DNA from: Eledone cirrhosa
Taxonomy: Eukaryota
Reading direction: 5' to 3'
Assembly (NCBI GenBank): GCA_964016885.1
Contig: CAXHJY010001044.1
Coordinates: forward strand, 15,196-79,195
DNA: 64,000 bases
In this document: positions 1 through 17,958 of the stretch, in pieces
Position numbering within the stretch: position 1 is the first letter of the stretch
How the letters are laid out: every line of letters starts with the position of its first letter
Notes under the pieces: generated by a model
What the model was told of the DNA's origin: nothing
The model's input: only the letters and a program-made list of their open reading frames with translations
Database searches by the model: none
Position numbers and translations under genes: made by a program

Positions 1-1743
1 TAATGTATTTATTAACACTGTGAGGAGGAAAAACAAAGAAGTTCTCATCGGGATATGTGCACATATCCTTATGAGGTAGAATAATTATGCTAATGTATTT
101 TATTCTATGCTATAAGAATTCTGGCCATCAAGATTCTATCTAATCTAATATTCTTAGCCAATCTAATAGTTGGTATCTCTTTATATTCTGAGTTCAAATC
201 CCACTGTGATCTATTTGAGTGTTAGGCAAACTTCGTTGTATTGTTTGACCCAATCACTTGGCCTTAGGTATCATTAGCTAAGTCTGCCCTGTTGCAAGGA
301 TACCTGTCATGTTTCCGGGCTGGATATATCATTCCGTTTTCCTTCCTGAGCATCAGAGGCCCTGTTAAATATCATAGGGTTTACCCTCATATTATCCGTG
401 GCTAAATAGGGAGAAAAAGATAATCCCTGTGGCCTCATGTGCACGTTAGAAATCCTTACAATACAAGATAGTATGATGCTGATAGTTAGAATGGGGGTAC
501 ATTACTTCTGAAAAATATCTGATTCATATTAATTTACTCTAACTAAATGTAGCGGACGTGTGAACATCTTTAAGATAATTCAACTTTTGTTTTAACATTC
601 TAGCGGGCCAGTGGCTATTTCTCGTAATCTGTGAAATCTTAAGAAGTAGAGTTAAGTGCACATTGTTTGTTTCTAGATCTCGAGAGGATTAGATAGATAT
701 CAATTAATTTTCAATTGTCTAAATTTAAATATATTTTGATTACAAATATGAGAGGGGTGTGAGAAGACATGTATTAAAGAAAGTGTGCGGGAACATGTAA
801 TATTTATAAGGACGAAAACAGAATGGAGAGAGAGGGAGAGGCATAGAGAGAGAGAGAGTTAGAGAGGAGAGAGAGAGTAGACACAAGAAAATAAATCATT
901 GATTTAACCGTAAAGTTAAATTATGAGGAATGTATTTAGGAATAGTCTCTTAACAACTGGAGTTAAATAATTAAGCAACTCCAAACAAATGGTGAAATAT
1001 ATAGTGCGTTCTAGAAGATTATGCTAAACCCCAGACTTCGTTTGGAATCATGTTGAAGTTATTTTACTTGCAGCTCTACTATGTTTATAGAAAACACCTG
1101 AATAAAAGAACAGTTTGTTCTTCATAAGAACCAATAGTGTTAAATTATTTGTGAAGTTAAACATGATTAAGTATCCCTATGGAGTTAGACAAACTATGTT
1201 GATATTCATTTGAATAGTATTTTATGAGGTAGACCATGCTTTCGAGTTCGTATCTGACTGAGAGTGCCAATGTACGACACCCATAAAAGAAGAATTTACT
1301 AGTAGGGAATTAATCGAAGGTAGAAAATATAGATGTGGCAGAATACGTAAAATATCCGAGAAAATTACATGCAGTATTTAATTATGTCCTGTTGTATTTC
1401 ACAGTAAAACCACATGTTAACCAAGACAGTAAAACAAAAAGTATGTATCTGTTTAACAGGCTTTTAAGACTCGTATTTCAAAAGCGGCATATTAACGGAA
1501 TGTTTATGGTGTTGGTTAGAAACTTTAGCGTTTATTTGTTTAAACTCTCTCTACTCTAACGTCAAAGCTACCACAGGTAAGCATTACCTGCCACCTTTTT
1601 TATGCCAATATATAACATAACATTCCATATAGCGGTATTTCAAGTCTTCCCCTTTTTCTTTCTGGAATGTAACTGAAATTTCAGGGTCCAGCTATGTCAC
1701 ATTATCACTGACGGCTTCAGCCATATTCCACACATAATGTTTT

Positions 1744-1890
1744 GTTTAGATTCATTTTCAAATATTAATTTATTAAATATGTTATTGTCTTTAGAAATCG
1801 AAACATGCGTACAAATGTACAAATGTGTGTGTATAAGTGTGTGTGTGTATGTACCTATGTATATGTGTGAGTACTTATCTGCCTATATAT
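1744..1890 (+). repeat. Local duplication, part A (paralog of 8063-8205)
   Basis: GTTTAGATTCATTTTCAAATATTAATTTATTAAAT...GAGTACTTATCTGCCTATATA recurs at 8063-8205 with scattered substitutions. Confidence 0.9.
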
Positions 1891-2449
1891 ATATATAATA
1901 TATGGTACTCGTATCACTGGAATATTCAGCCACTTATACAGAATTAATTTCCTGATAAGAAATTTAGTTGGCCCAACAACCGAATGCTCATTATCGAAAC
2001 CAACAAAATTCTTCAAATGTTTTAGTTTCAACAAATTATCGATGAGATAGTCACTGTTTAAACAAGGTAATCTCCAAAATATATATTCCCATTAATATTC
2101 CTTTAAATTAATATTAGGCATATTCTTTAAATAGTAGTCTATATTTCGCGGTTAATATAGAATTAATATCGGGAACGGAACATATTTTCATCTGACTGTA
2201 GATGTGGCGATAAAACAAAAATAATTCTCATGTTTCGTTGATTTATACCACTTATTCTTTTTAGAAAAAAAATATTGCGCATACTATTATATAACATAAC
2301 CACTACACCCCCCTCGCTCTCCCTATCTGTCTATCTATCTATCTATATATAGATATATAGATAATTTGAAAGAGAGAGATATTTATGGTATGTGTATAGA
2401 CCAGCAAATATAATTTCACTTTATGCGTCTTTATGTGTCTGCTTTGTTG

Positions 2450-3292
2450 TATATATATATATATGTGTATGTGTGTATACATATATATACGTGTGTATAT
2501 ATATATTATATATATTATATATATAATATATATATATATTTATATATATATTATATATTATATTTATATTATATCATATATATATTATATTATAAATATA
2601 TTATATATAATATAATATAATATATTATATATATATTATATATATATTATATTATATATTATATTATATATATAATATATTATATATTATTATATATTAT
2701 ATTATATATATATTATATTATATATTATATTATATATTATATTATATATATATTATATTATATATATATTATATTATATATATATTATATTATATATATA
2801 TTATATTATATATATATTATATATAATATAATATAATATATTATATATATATTATATATATATTATATATATTATATATATATATTATATATATATTATA
2901 TTATATATTATATTATACATATATTATATTATATATTATATTATATACATTATATATATATTATATATATTATATATTATATTATATATATATTATATAT
3001 TATATTATATATATATTATATTATATATATATATTATATTATATATTATATTATATATATATTATATATATATTATATTATATATATATTATATATATAT
3101 TATATTATATATATATTATATTATATATATATTATATATATTATATATATTATATATAATATATATATTATATATTATATTATATATATATTATATTATA
3201 TATATATTATATATATTATATATATTATATATTATATTATATATATATTATATTATATATATATTATATATATTATATATACATATATATAT
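2450..3292. repeat. (TA)n/TATAT-TA compound microsatellite
   Basis: Nearly pure A/T, with TA runs interrupted by TT. Confidence 0.95.
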
Positions 3293-3472
3293 CTGAAGAC
3301 GGCGGGTAGGGAAGACGTATATATATTTTCTTATTTTGATAATGTGTAATATATTTTACATAGATCAGATAGAATGAACATAAGGAGAACTACCCCCCAG
3401 AAACGATCGTAAAAAATGAGCTTTACTATGGATTACCCGTATTTTGTTTAATTTCATTGTTTTCACTATTTG

Positions 3473-3476
<4 letters not shown>
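3293..3476 (+). mobile_element. Penelope-like terminal module with long-stem-II hammerhead motif
   Basis: CTGAAGA (3293-3299), stem GGCGGGTAG/CTACCCCCC (3301-3309/3390-3398), GAAACGATCGTA (3400-3411). Flanked by TA tracts on both sides. Confidence 0.6.
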
Positions 3477-3529
<53 letters not shown>

Positions 3530-3809
3530 GTCATATAAGGCTAAACAATGTAAAGTGGAATGTATATATACATGTGTGTGTACGTATGTATATACATATA
3601 TTTCTGTGCATTACAAAGTAATGGACAATTTTCAATTAATATACGGTAACTTTGGTAACAGTAACACCTGTCAGGTAGCAAACCGTTGCCACACCAACAT
3701 AATGACGTCATAGCTCCCAACTTCAAATTTTCCAACTATCGCATTGGAGAAATACTGCACAAATACCTTGATATATATCTTACTAGATGAAGTATATATA
3801 CATACGCAT

Positions 3810-6932
<3,123 letters not shown>

Positions 6933-6938
<6 letters not shown>

Positions 6939-7131
6939 ATACTTGGGGAGGGTCATATTTGTGTAATATTGCCATAATTAATAACAGAAAACACTCACTG
7001 TTTGGTTGGTTTTCGCTTTTCGCTTCTGTGTCTTTTTGTATCGGTAATCTAATCTCTAATTTATTCGGTCCTCAATGTTGCCATTGACTGACCAGCGGTC
7101 AAAAATAATACACATACAATATAGACACAAA
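6933..7131 (+). repeat. Local duplication, part B (paralog of 8217-8392)
   Basis: ATTGTTATACTTGGGGAGGGTCATATT...CACTCACTG.TTGGTTGGTTTTCGC recurs at 8217 onward. Confidence 0.9.
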
Positions 7132-7157
7132 CATATATATATATATGTATATATATG

Positions 7158-7235
<78 letters not shown>

Positions 7236-7469
7236 TATATATGTATATATATATATATGTACATATATATATATGTATATATACATATATATATGTATAT
7301 ATATATGTATATATACATATATATATATGTATATATATATATGTATATATACATATATATATATGTATATATATATATGTATATATACATATATATAATG
7401 TATATGTATATATATATATATGTATATGTATATATATATATGTATATATACATATATATAATGTATATG

Positions 7470-7500
<31 letters not shown>

Positions 7501-7682
7501 GTATATATACATATATATAATGTATATGTATATATATATATATGTATATATATATAATGTATATGTATATATATATATATGTATATATACATATATATAA
7601 TGTATATGTATATATATATATATGTATATATACATATATATAATGTATATATATATATATGTATATATACATATATATAATG

Positions 7683-7714
<32 letters not shown>

Positions 7715-7868
7715 TATAATGTATATGTATATATATATATGTATATATATACATATATATAATGTATATGTATATATATATATGTATATATATACATATA
7801 CATAATGTATATGTATATATATATATGTATATATACATATATATAATGTATATGTATATATACATATG

Positions 7869-7940
<72 letters not shown>

Positions 7941-7960
7941 TATATATGTATATGTATATA
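7132..7960. repeat. TA-scaffold minisatellite (CATATATATAATGTATATG units)
   Basis: Direct inspection. Confidence 0.9.
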
Positions 7961-8062
7961 TCTGATTAAAATATCAATAATCTTTAAATTATAATAATTC
8001 TTATTAGAATCCAATATTCGGAATTATTCAGTTAAAATTCCATACATCATGTTTTAAGTTTG

Positions 8063-8389
8063 GTTTAGATTCATTTTCAAATATTAATTTATTAAATTAT
8101 GTTATTGTCTTTATAAATCGAAATATACGTACGAATGAACAAATGTGTGTGTATAAGTGTGTGTGTGTATCTATGTATCTGTGTGAGTACTTATCTGCCT
8201 ATATATAGATATATATATTGTTATACTTGGGGAGGGTCATATTGTTGTAATAATATTGCCAGAAATAATAACAGAACACACTCACTGCTTGGTTGGTTTT
8301 CGCCTCTGTAGTTTTATATCTCCATAGTTAATTTATTTGGCAATCAACGTTTATCATTAATTGACCAACGGTTAAAAATACAGACATAA

Positions 8390-8392
<3 letters not shown>
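8063..8392 (+). repeat. Uninterrupted copy (A+B) of the local duplication
   Basis: Joins homologs of 1744-1890 and 6933-7131 across a short TA linker. Confidence 0.9.
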
Positions 8393-8461
<69 letters not shown>

Positions 8462-8462
<1 letters not shown>

Positions 8463-8588
8463 GGAAAAATTTGAACAGGAACAAAACAGAGAGGCAGTAC
8501 AACGAATGTTTATTAATTTCACGCTCTGGAGAGTGGGGTGGTGGTGGGGAACGACGTTTCGGGCATAAGCCCTTCCTCAGGTGAGAAG
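8462..8588 (-). mobile_element. Penelope-like terminal module with minimal hammerhead motif
   Basis: Minus strand CTGAGGA-A-GGGC-TTAT-GCCC-GAAACGTC (8580-8553), followed by AATAAA. TA tracts on both flanks. Confidence 0.65.
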
Positions 8589-9465
8589 TATATATATATA
8601 TAGTCTTTTCGTTGTGTATGTGTGGTCTTTCGTTGTGTATGTAAGTTCTTTCGTTGGTCTATCTAACTCTTGGTCATTGTGTTTGTATGAATGAATTGTT
8701 TTCCAGGTAAAACAGTTTAAATGTTGGAACTTCATTGGTCAGACAAGTTATGAGTTGTCTAGTGTTTACGATCAACGTAACAAGTAGCTCTTGAAATTAA
8801 CGTACAAGTGTCTGAGCATTCCAAGAAAATTGTACCATTAACGTAATTCGCAGAGAATTGCTTGACAAGGTAAGCATTTTGATTTACACGTAGATTCCAT
8901 CATGTATTATTGTGTAAATATCTGTGTATTCTACAGACACATTTACCATGGAAGTAATTCTCATTGTGATTCTCTTTAAGAGAGAGAACGACGAAGAGAA
9001 CTCTTTGAAGTGTAAGTAAGATCCATCTTACGGTCTCTTGAATTGTTTCACTGTACACAACTTCTCTCACAAGTCTGGGAACGATACGAGGCGATCGTAA
9101 ATACCACTTGCACAAGATAGCAGACAGTAGGATTCAATACCTGAAACTTTATAATTAACAAACGAAACTAATAGTTTAACTATTCGGTCATGCTATATCA
9201 CCGGTCATCATTTTCGATGATAATAATTACTATTGAAATTAACATTTTTAACTGGAGCCGGACAAAAGTTTGGAGAGAAACGTCTCGCCAAAATGGTGCC
9301 AGAAGTCTTTGATTGAGAACATAAAGATGGTTCTGCACGATATCTTGTTGATTCGCTGCAGTGGTGGAAAGAAGAAAGAAAGACAGTGATTGAGAAAACA
9401 AAAGTAATGGGGGAAACATGCAACGGTCGGAAGTTATGGAAGTTGTAGCAATGACATACATAAAT

Positions 9466-9721
9466 ACTATACATATACATATATACTACACATACATATA
9501 TATATATATATACACTGTACATATATACATATACATACATATACACTACACAAATATATAAACTACATAGACATATACACATACACTGTACATATTATGC
9601 ACATATATATACACTGTACATACATACACATATACACCGTACACATACATACATATATATATATATACTGTACACATACATATACATAGTACATATATAT
9701 ACACAGTACACATATATGCAC

Positions 9722-9770
<49 letters not shown>

Positions 9771-9895
9771 TTACTCTACACATATTATACATATATATAT
9801 ACACTGTACATATACGCATACATATACACATATATACACACTGTACATATACACTGTACACATACATATACACCATACATATTGTACATATACAT
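9466..9895. repeat. CA/TA low-complexity repeat with CACTGTA units
   Basis: Direct inspection. Confidence 0.85.
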
Positions 9896-10257
9896 AAAGG
9901 TTTGTGTCTATGAGTTTGCAGTACATATATATATATATGTATATACATGCATATGAATATATATATATATATGTGTGTATGTGTTTGCATGTGGGTGTTT
10001 GTATGGTTCACTTTCTCTTTAAATATGTAGGTCAATGCCGAGAGAAAAGAGTACTCAATACCGAAGTAGTGCTTTTCACGTCTCCCGTGTACATAACTGG
10101 TATTGTAGACATGGGATTCCTCACAACGGCTGGTGACAGCTTCGTTTTCCCTCTTTTAAGGGTCTCAACCCTATTTTAGCAGCTATATTATAGCATCTTT
10201 GCGCAATATCTACTTTCTTGTCTCCCTCTCTCTCCCACTCTCTCTCTTTCTTATGTA

Positions 10258-10953
<696 letters not shown>

Positions 10954-10954
10954 C

Positions 10955-11086
10955 AGAATTAGCCGTCGAAACGGCTTGAGCTCAGCTGTCGGGGTCTTAC
11001 TGGTTCCTATTACCCACTCTACTACCTCAAGTATTGAGTACTTTGGTGCGTTATGGTCCACCTGGTTCCTTACCACATTTCCTTCG

Positions 11087-11088
<2 letters not shown>
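10955..11088 (+). mobile_element. Short dispersed-repeat fragment inside a TA tract (probable PLE terminal tail)
   Basis: TCGAAACGGC..GAGCT.AGCTGTCGGG recurs at ~18891. ACTACCTCAAGTATTGAGTACT recurs inverted at ~10050 (AGTACTCAATACCGAAGTAGT). The PLE assignment is an inference. Confidence 0.5.
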
Positions 11089-11140
<52 letters not shown>

Positions 11141-11377
11141 GTATATGTATATATGTATAAACAATTAAGTTAAAAATAGCTGGATACTCACAGTAAAGTA
11201 ACCAGTGAAAGACTTGGTACATCTACATATGTATACGTGTGTGTATTCATATGCATACTAGTCTTTCAGTATGCATATGTAGATGTACATTTTTAACTTA
11301 ATTGTTTAAGCGTCAGTCATACAAAAGTGAGTTACAAACGAAACAAAATTTAATTTTGTTTCGTTATTTGTTTTTAT

Positions 11378-11642
11378 ATATGTATATATATATATATATA
11401 TGTATATATATACAGATATATGTATATATATACAGATATATGTATATGTATATATATATATACAGATATATGTATATATATATATACAGATATATATATA
11501 TATATATATATATACAGATATATGTATATATATATATATATATACAGATATATGTATATATATATATATATATACAGATATATGTATATATATATATATA
11601 TATACAGATATATGTATATATATATATATATATATATACAGA

Positions 11643-11716
<74 letters not shown>

Positions 11717-11748
11717 CAGATATATGTATATATACAGATATATATATG

Positions 11749-11813
<65 letters not shown>
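11378..11813. repeat. TA-scaffold minisatellite with TACAGATA units
   Basis: About a dozen TACAGATATA interruptions in (TA)n. Confidence 0.9.
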
Positions 11814-11815
<2 letters not shown>

Positions 11816-11964
11816 CCGATCATTCACATTCTACGTATATATATATATATATGTTGATATCGGAAGTTGTGTCTACTTTACGGTAGTCACTTTGCTCGCC
11901 GAGGAAGGCACTATATATATATATATATATATATACTTCCATATATGTTGAATGTATGTACACG

Positions 11965-12051
<87 letters not shown>

Positions 12052-12689
12052 ATGTGTGTTTTATGAATGTATGCATGTTTGTGTGTATATGTATATATTC
12101 ATATCTGAATTTGCGTGTATAATAATAATAATAATAACAATAAAAATAAAAATAATGGTGTCTGACTTAGGTATCAGAAGTATAAGAAAGACGATAAGTA
12201 GAGAAGCAACAACGGCTACATTAATAGTTATAACGATGGCAATAGTGAGAAAAAAGCTCATATTTTCCCGTTTATAAAGAGAGAGACATGCAGCCAGTCT
12301 AGCTCATGGCGCAGTTTTTAACATTATCCTCACCACATTAATCTCTAATCCAACCCTAAGCCTAATGGCGAGAGGATATCTACATAGACACACACCAATA
12401 CACGCATATATACACATATGTATGTATATATATATATATATATATATATAAAATCACTCCATCCTCAGTCTCTGGTCTGGGAGAAAAAGGCGCCATTTCT
12501 TCTTAAAAGGGGAAAAATCATAGGTTAGAGAGCATGAAGACTATAAAATGTGCAGACGACGCCCAAACTTTCCTGTATTTTTCCATCCCTTGGTATTAAC
12601 ACAACCAACCACCTCGTTATTATCTTAGTAGTAGCCACTACATTCCTAAACATTGGATATATTTAAGACAGGATCTTCTTTCTTGTCGT

Positions 12690-14020
12690 CGTTGTTGTTG
12701 TTGTTATTATTGGTGATGGCGGTGGTGGTGACAATGGTAGTGTTGGTTGTGGTGATGGTGGTGGTGGTGGGACCAGAGGTGATGGTGGTGGTGACAATGG
12801 TAGTGTTGGTGGTGATGGTGGTGGTGACAATGGTAGTGTTGGTTGTGGTGATGGTGGTGGTGGTGGGACCAGAGGTGATGGTGGTGGTAACAATGGTAGT
12901 GTTGGTTGAGGTGATGGTGGTGGTGGTGATGATGGTGGTGGTGGTGATGGTGGTGGTGGTGCTGGTGGTGGTGGGACCAGTGCTGGTGGTGGTGGGACCA
13001 GTGGTGACAGTGGTAGTAGTGGGGTCAGTGCTGGTGGTGGTGGTGATGGTGGTGAGAGTGGTAGTGCCGGTTGATGACGACATTATATTGCCTATTCTCC
13101 TCAGTTTTTAAGAAAGATGATGTTGATATTGTTGTTGCTGGTTGTGTTGATTGATGATGCTGTTGTTGTTAGTGTTGTTGGTCTTGGTGTTAGTGGTGCT
13201 GGTAGTGTTGCTGTTGTTGTTAGTGTTGTTGGTCTTGGTGTTAGTGGTGCTGGTAGTGTTGCTGTTGTTGTTAGTGTTGTTGGTCTTGGTGTTAGTGGTG
13301 CTGGTAGTGTTGCTGTTGTTGTTAGTGTTGTTGGTCTTGGTGTTAGTGGTGCTGGTAGTGTTGCTGTTGTTGTTAGTGTTGTTGGTCTTGGTGTTAGTGG
13401 TGCTGGTAGTGTTGCTGTTGTTGTTAGTGTTGTTGGTCTTGGTGTTAGTGGTGCTGGTAGTGTTGCTGTTGTTGTTAGTGTTGTTGGTCTTGGTGTTAGT
13501 GGTGCTGGTAGTGTTGCTGTTGTTGTTAGTGTTGTTGGTCTTGGTGTTAGTGGTGCTGGTAGTGTTGCTGTTGTTGTTAGTGTTGTTGGTCTTGGTGTTA
13601 GTGGTGCTGGTAGTGTTGCTGTTGTTGTTAGTGTTGTTGGTCTTGGTGTTAGTGGTGCTGGTAGTGTTGCTGGTGTTGGTGGTGCTGGTGTTGGTGTTCT
13701 TGGTGTTGGTGGTGGTGCTGGTAGTGTTGCTGTTGTTGGTGTTGGTGATCTTGGTGTTGGTCTTGGTCTTGGTGCTGTTGGACATATTGATTGATGGAGA
13801 TGGTATTATTGGTGTCGTTAGTACTGGTGTTGTTAGTACTGGTGTCGTTAGTATTGATGCTGTAGATGTTGGTGTCGTTAGTACTGGTCTCGTTAGTACT
13901 GGTATCGTTAGTACTGGTGTCGTTAGTATTGATGCTATAGATGTTGGTGTTGTTAGTACTGGTCTCGTTAGACTGGTATCGTTAGTACTGGTGTCGTTAG
14001 TATTAGTGCTGTAGATGTTG
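12690..14020. repeat. GGT/GTT/AGT triplet-derived low-complexity region
   Basis: Triplet repeats open in several frames on both strands. Confidence 0.85.
13159..13668 (+). repeat. 51-bp minisatellite, 10 apparently identical copies
   Basis: Unit GCTGTTGTTGTTAGTGTTGTTGGTCTTGGTGTTAGTGGTGCTGGTAGTGTT. Confidence 0.95.
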
Positions 14021-14489
14021 GTGAAAAACAAGGTTAATTGTGACAAAGATGTCCAGAAGAACGACAACGAAATAAAGTAGACATCTGATTATATTCGATG
14101 TTTTTATTATGGTAGTAATGGTGGACAAAACTCGATGTGAATGCTTGGCGTTTTTTTTTCCAGTGATGATGTGATTTTAAATCTAATGAAACAAGCATTG
14201 ATGCCAATAATCCTGCACCTACTTGTGGCTGTGAAATTTAATGGTGCTAATGTTTTCTCTCCTACTGTGTTCCAAGCATTTTTGCATATCATACATTGAT
14301 ATTGACGTTAGGCATCCATGAAAATAATTACTTTTTTTAATAATCTCTACCACTTTCTCTCTCTTCTCTTGCTTCTCTCCTGTCGTTTTCTCTGAAGCTG
14401 AAAAAATATTTTACAGCAATTTTAGATCGAATAATTTTAGACATAAACAGACATACATACGAACATATTGTTATCTATCTTTCTATATC

Positions 14490-14569
14490 TACCCACCTAC
14501 CTACCTACCTACCTACCTACCTACCTACCTACCTACCTACCTACCTACCTACCTACCTACCTACCTACC
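14490..14569. repeat. (CTAC)n tetranucleotide
   Basis: Direct inspection. Confidence 0.95.
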
Positions 14570-14774
14570 TCTCTGTCTGTCTGTCTGTCTTCTATCTATC
14601 CATCATATATATATATTTATATATCCAGATTGTTGCCAATTTTCGTGCCAATGTTGTTATTATGGCTGGTTTTGTTGTATCAGTTGTCATTATTGGTGTT
14701 TAACACAACCAATCAACGGCTAAACCATGATTATATATATGTAACCATGCTTCCTTTTATAGATTGTAACATGA

Positions 14775-14985
14775 GGAATGTATTTGACTCTTATTTCTAG
14801 CAGGTTGAGTGTTTATGGAGTGACCCGTTTGTTGTCTTAATTAGACCCCCTCCTTCCGTTGTTCAAAGGTTGTTTGAAATGGAATGGATCCCTTAGTTTT
14901 GACGATGTGTGTACCAGTTGTTCGATACCTGGAACAACCCGCTTTTGATGAAATTGAAATGCAAGTGGTTGAATATTTTAACTAT
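14775..14985 (-). mobile_element. Degenerate SINE-family fragments
   Basis: GACTCTTATTTCTAGCAG is the reverse complement of motifs at ~22905 and ~51257. AAGTGGTTGAATATT is the near reverse complement of AATATTCAGCCACTT at 1921. Confidence 0.5.
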
Positions 14986-15359
14986 AAATCTAATTGGATA
15001 CTTTAATATCTCTTGATAACCCTTTCTTTCATCGCTCTGTGCTGAACACTTTCTAGATATTTAATTCTCAAATATTTGGCTTAATCTACTTATCTTTGCT
15101 TCATTATCAAGCATGTAATCACTGGCTTTAATTAGCTGTCCTTCCCGTAAGATTACATTGGCGCAATTTTACAAACCAAATTTCAATTTTGCTAACGGAA
15201 TTTCAATTTTCGATAACGAATTTCCTTTAGTAAATTTCACCTCGGCATACGATACGTCGCAGAGTTTGATGAAGCTTGTGATCACCAGAACACAAATGCA
15301 GAGATTGTTACCCAAGGAATTAACGCATTAGAATCCTATACTATATTGTATCATGTTTA

Positions 15360-15395
<36 letters not shown>

Positions 15396-15502
15396 ATTAG
15401 TATATCTACCAACATATGTGTACAGATGTACACCCATGCTAGCAAATCTATATGTTATGTCTTAGTACCTTTGTGGTTCTATTCAGGGAGATGCAGAACA
15501 AT

Positions 15503-15610
15503 TATATGAAAGACGTAAAATACGAAAATAAAAAATCAACTTACTTACTTACAAAATTTTAGTAAGTAAGTTGATTTTTAATTTTTAAAATTTTCTTATT
15601 TTACGTCTTT

Positions 15611-15616
<6 letters not shown>
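15503..15616. repeat. Imperfect inverted repeat (fold-back) abutting (TA)n
   Basis: GAAAGACGTAAAATA/TATTTTACGTCTTTC and AAAAATCAACTTACTTACT/AGTAAGTAAGTTGATTTTT. Confidence 0.85.
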
Positions 15617-15675
<59 letters not shown>

Positions 15676-16289
15676 CTATTTCTAGCAGTTCAAGAGACCA
15701 TGTAGAATTATCTTTCAGTGACGAGAAACGATTTATCTCTCAGGTGTTGTTTCTTACAGTAAAATACCGCTGTCGGAAACATTCGCTCTGTTCTTATTAC
15801 TCATTCCTATTACTTTGGGCTCCCAAAGGAAATCGCCATTTTAAATTGTTTCTTCCTCACTCAAGATCTTCTAGACCAACAAATGACGTACTCAACATGA
15901 CTCTCTCTCTTTCTCTATCTCTTTCTATGTGTGTGTATGTGTATGTTTGTGTATATGTAAGTCTATTATGCATTTCCTTCTTTGCCAGTTCAGATCATTA
16001 GACTGTGGTCATACTGAGGCACAGACTGACAAGTAAAAACAATACACATAGATCAAAACACATCAAAGCTGTGCGGTGTAGGCTACATACAAGGGAGAGT
16101 TCACCCTGGTGATGTTGGTACAACGATATTACATGAGGTTATTGAAGCGCTCAAGTGGCCATAAAGGAATCGAGGGCGCCGGCCTCCAGTGATACGATCA
16201 ACGGCGAGCAGAAGCTCTCTGATTGGGTTGGTGATAGTATTATCGAAGAACGCTTTGAGATTTAGGCGATGTATGTCTCCATTGATATA

Positions 16290-17000
<711 letters not shown>

Positions 17001-17282
17001 TGCATAGTGTAGAAGTATAGAAGTAGAATAATTCCAGAGCTCTTCTCTTATAAAGTTTAGACAGATAATTGAATTGCTAATAAAGTCATTTAGGAGGGGA
17101 GGTAATTATTGATAAGATACAATATATTATAGGATAACACAGAACATTATCAACGGCCATAATGACTAGACTGAGGACAACAACATAACTCTTTTTTCTA
17201 TTCATGGATCTATCTATCTACTCGTATCTTATCTCCATTTCACCAGTTCTTTGTTTTTCCAGCCTCTCATTCCCTCCCCCTG

Positions 17283-17283
<1 letters not shown>

Positions 17284-17348
<65 letters not shown>

Positions 17349-17361
17349 ACATACACACATA

Positions 17362-17404
<43 letters not shown>
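17284..17404. repeat. (CA)n microsatellite
   Basis: Direct inspection. Confidence 0.95.
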
Positions 17405-17407
<3 letters not shown>

Positions 17408-17568
17408 TGTGGTTGTGGTGGATGCAATGTATGAGTGTGTATGTATGCATACACATATTGATAGTTTGAATGAGAAATTATCATTATCTCTCTCTCTCTC
17501 TTTATGGCCTCAGCCGGATGGCTGAAACAGGTAAAAGAGTATATATATATATATATATATATAAGAGC

Positions 17569-17602
<34 letters not shown>

Positions 17603-17619
17603 ATGTATATATATACATA

Positions 17620-17958
17620 TATATTTGTGTGTATACATATGTATGTATGAGAGTATATATGCTTGTGTGTGTATATATATGTATGAGAGTATATATGTTT
17701 GTGTGTGTATATATATGTATGAGAGTATATATGTTTGTGTGTGTATATATATCTATGAATGAGAGTATATATGTTTGTGTGTATATATATGTATGTATGA
17801 GAGTATATATGTTTGTGTGTGTATATATATGTATGAATGAGAGTATATATGTTTGTGTGTGTGTATATATATGTATGTATGAGAGTATATATGTTTGTGT
17901 GTATATATATGTATGTATGAGAGTATATATGTTTGTGTGTGTATATATGTATGTATGA
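17620..17958. repeat. ~35-40 bp minisatellite (ATGAGAGTATATATGTTTGTGTG...)
   Basis: About 8 diverged units. Confidence 0.85.

Noticed and set aside
1335-1559. 74-aa ORF and other short unique-sequence ORFs
   Set aside because: Non-ATG starts, AT-rich composition and no recognisable domains.
17500-17540. [10 protein letters not shown] as a kinase DFG-like exon
   Set aside because: GGCTGAAACAGGTAAAAGAG looks like a SINE 3' tail; no Asp and no supporting exons.
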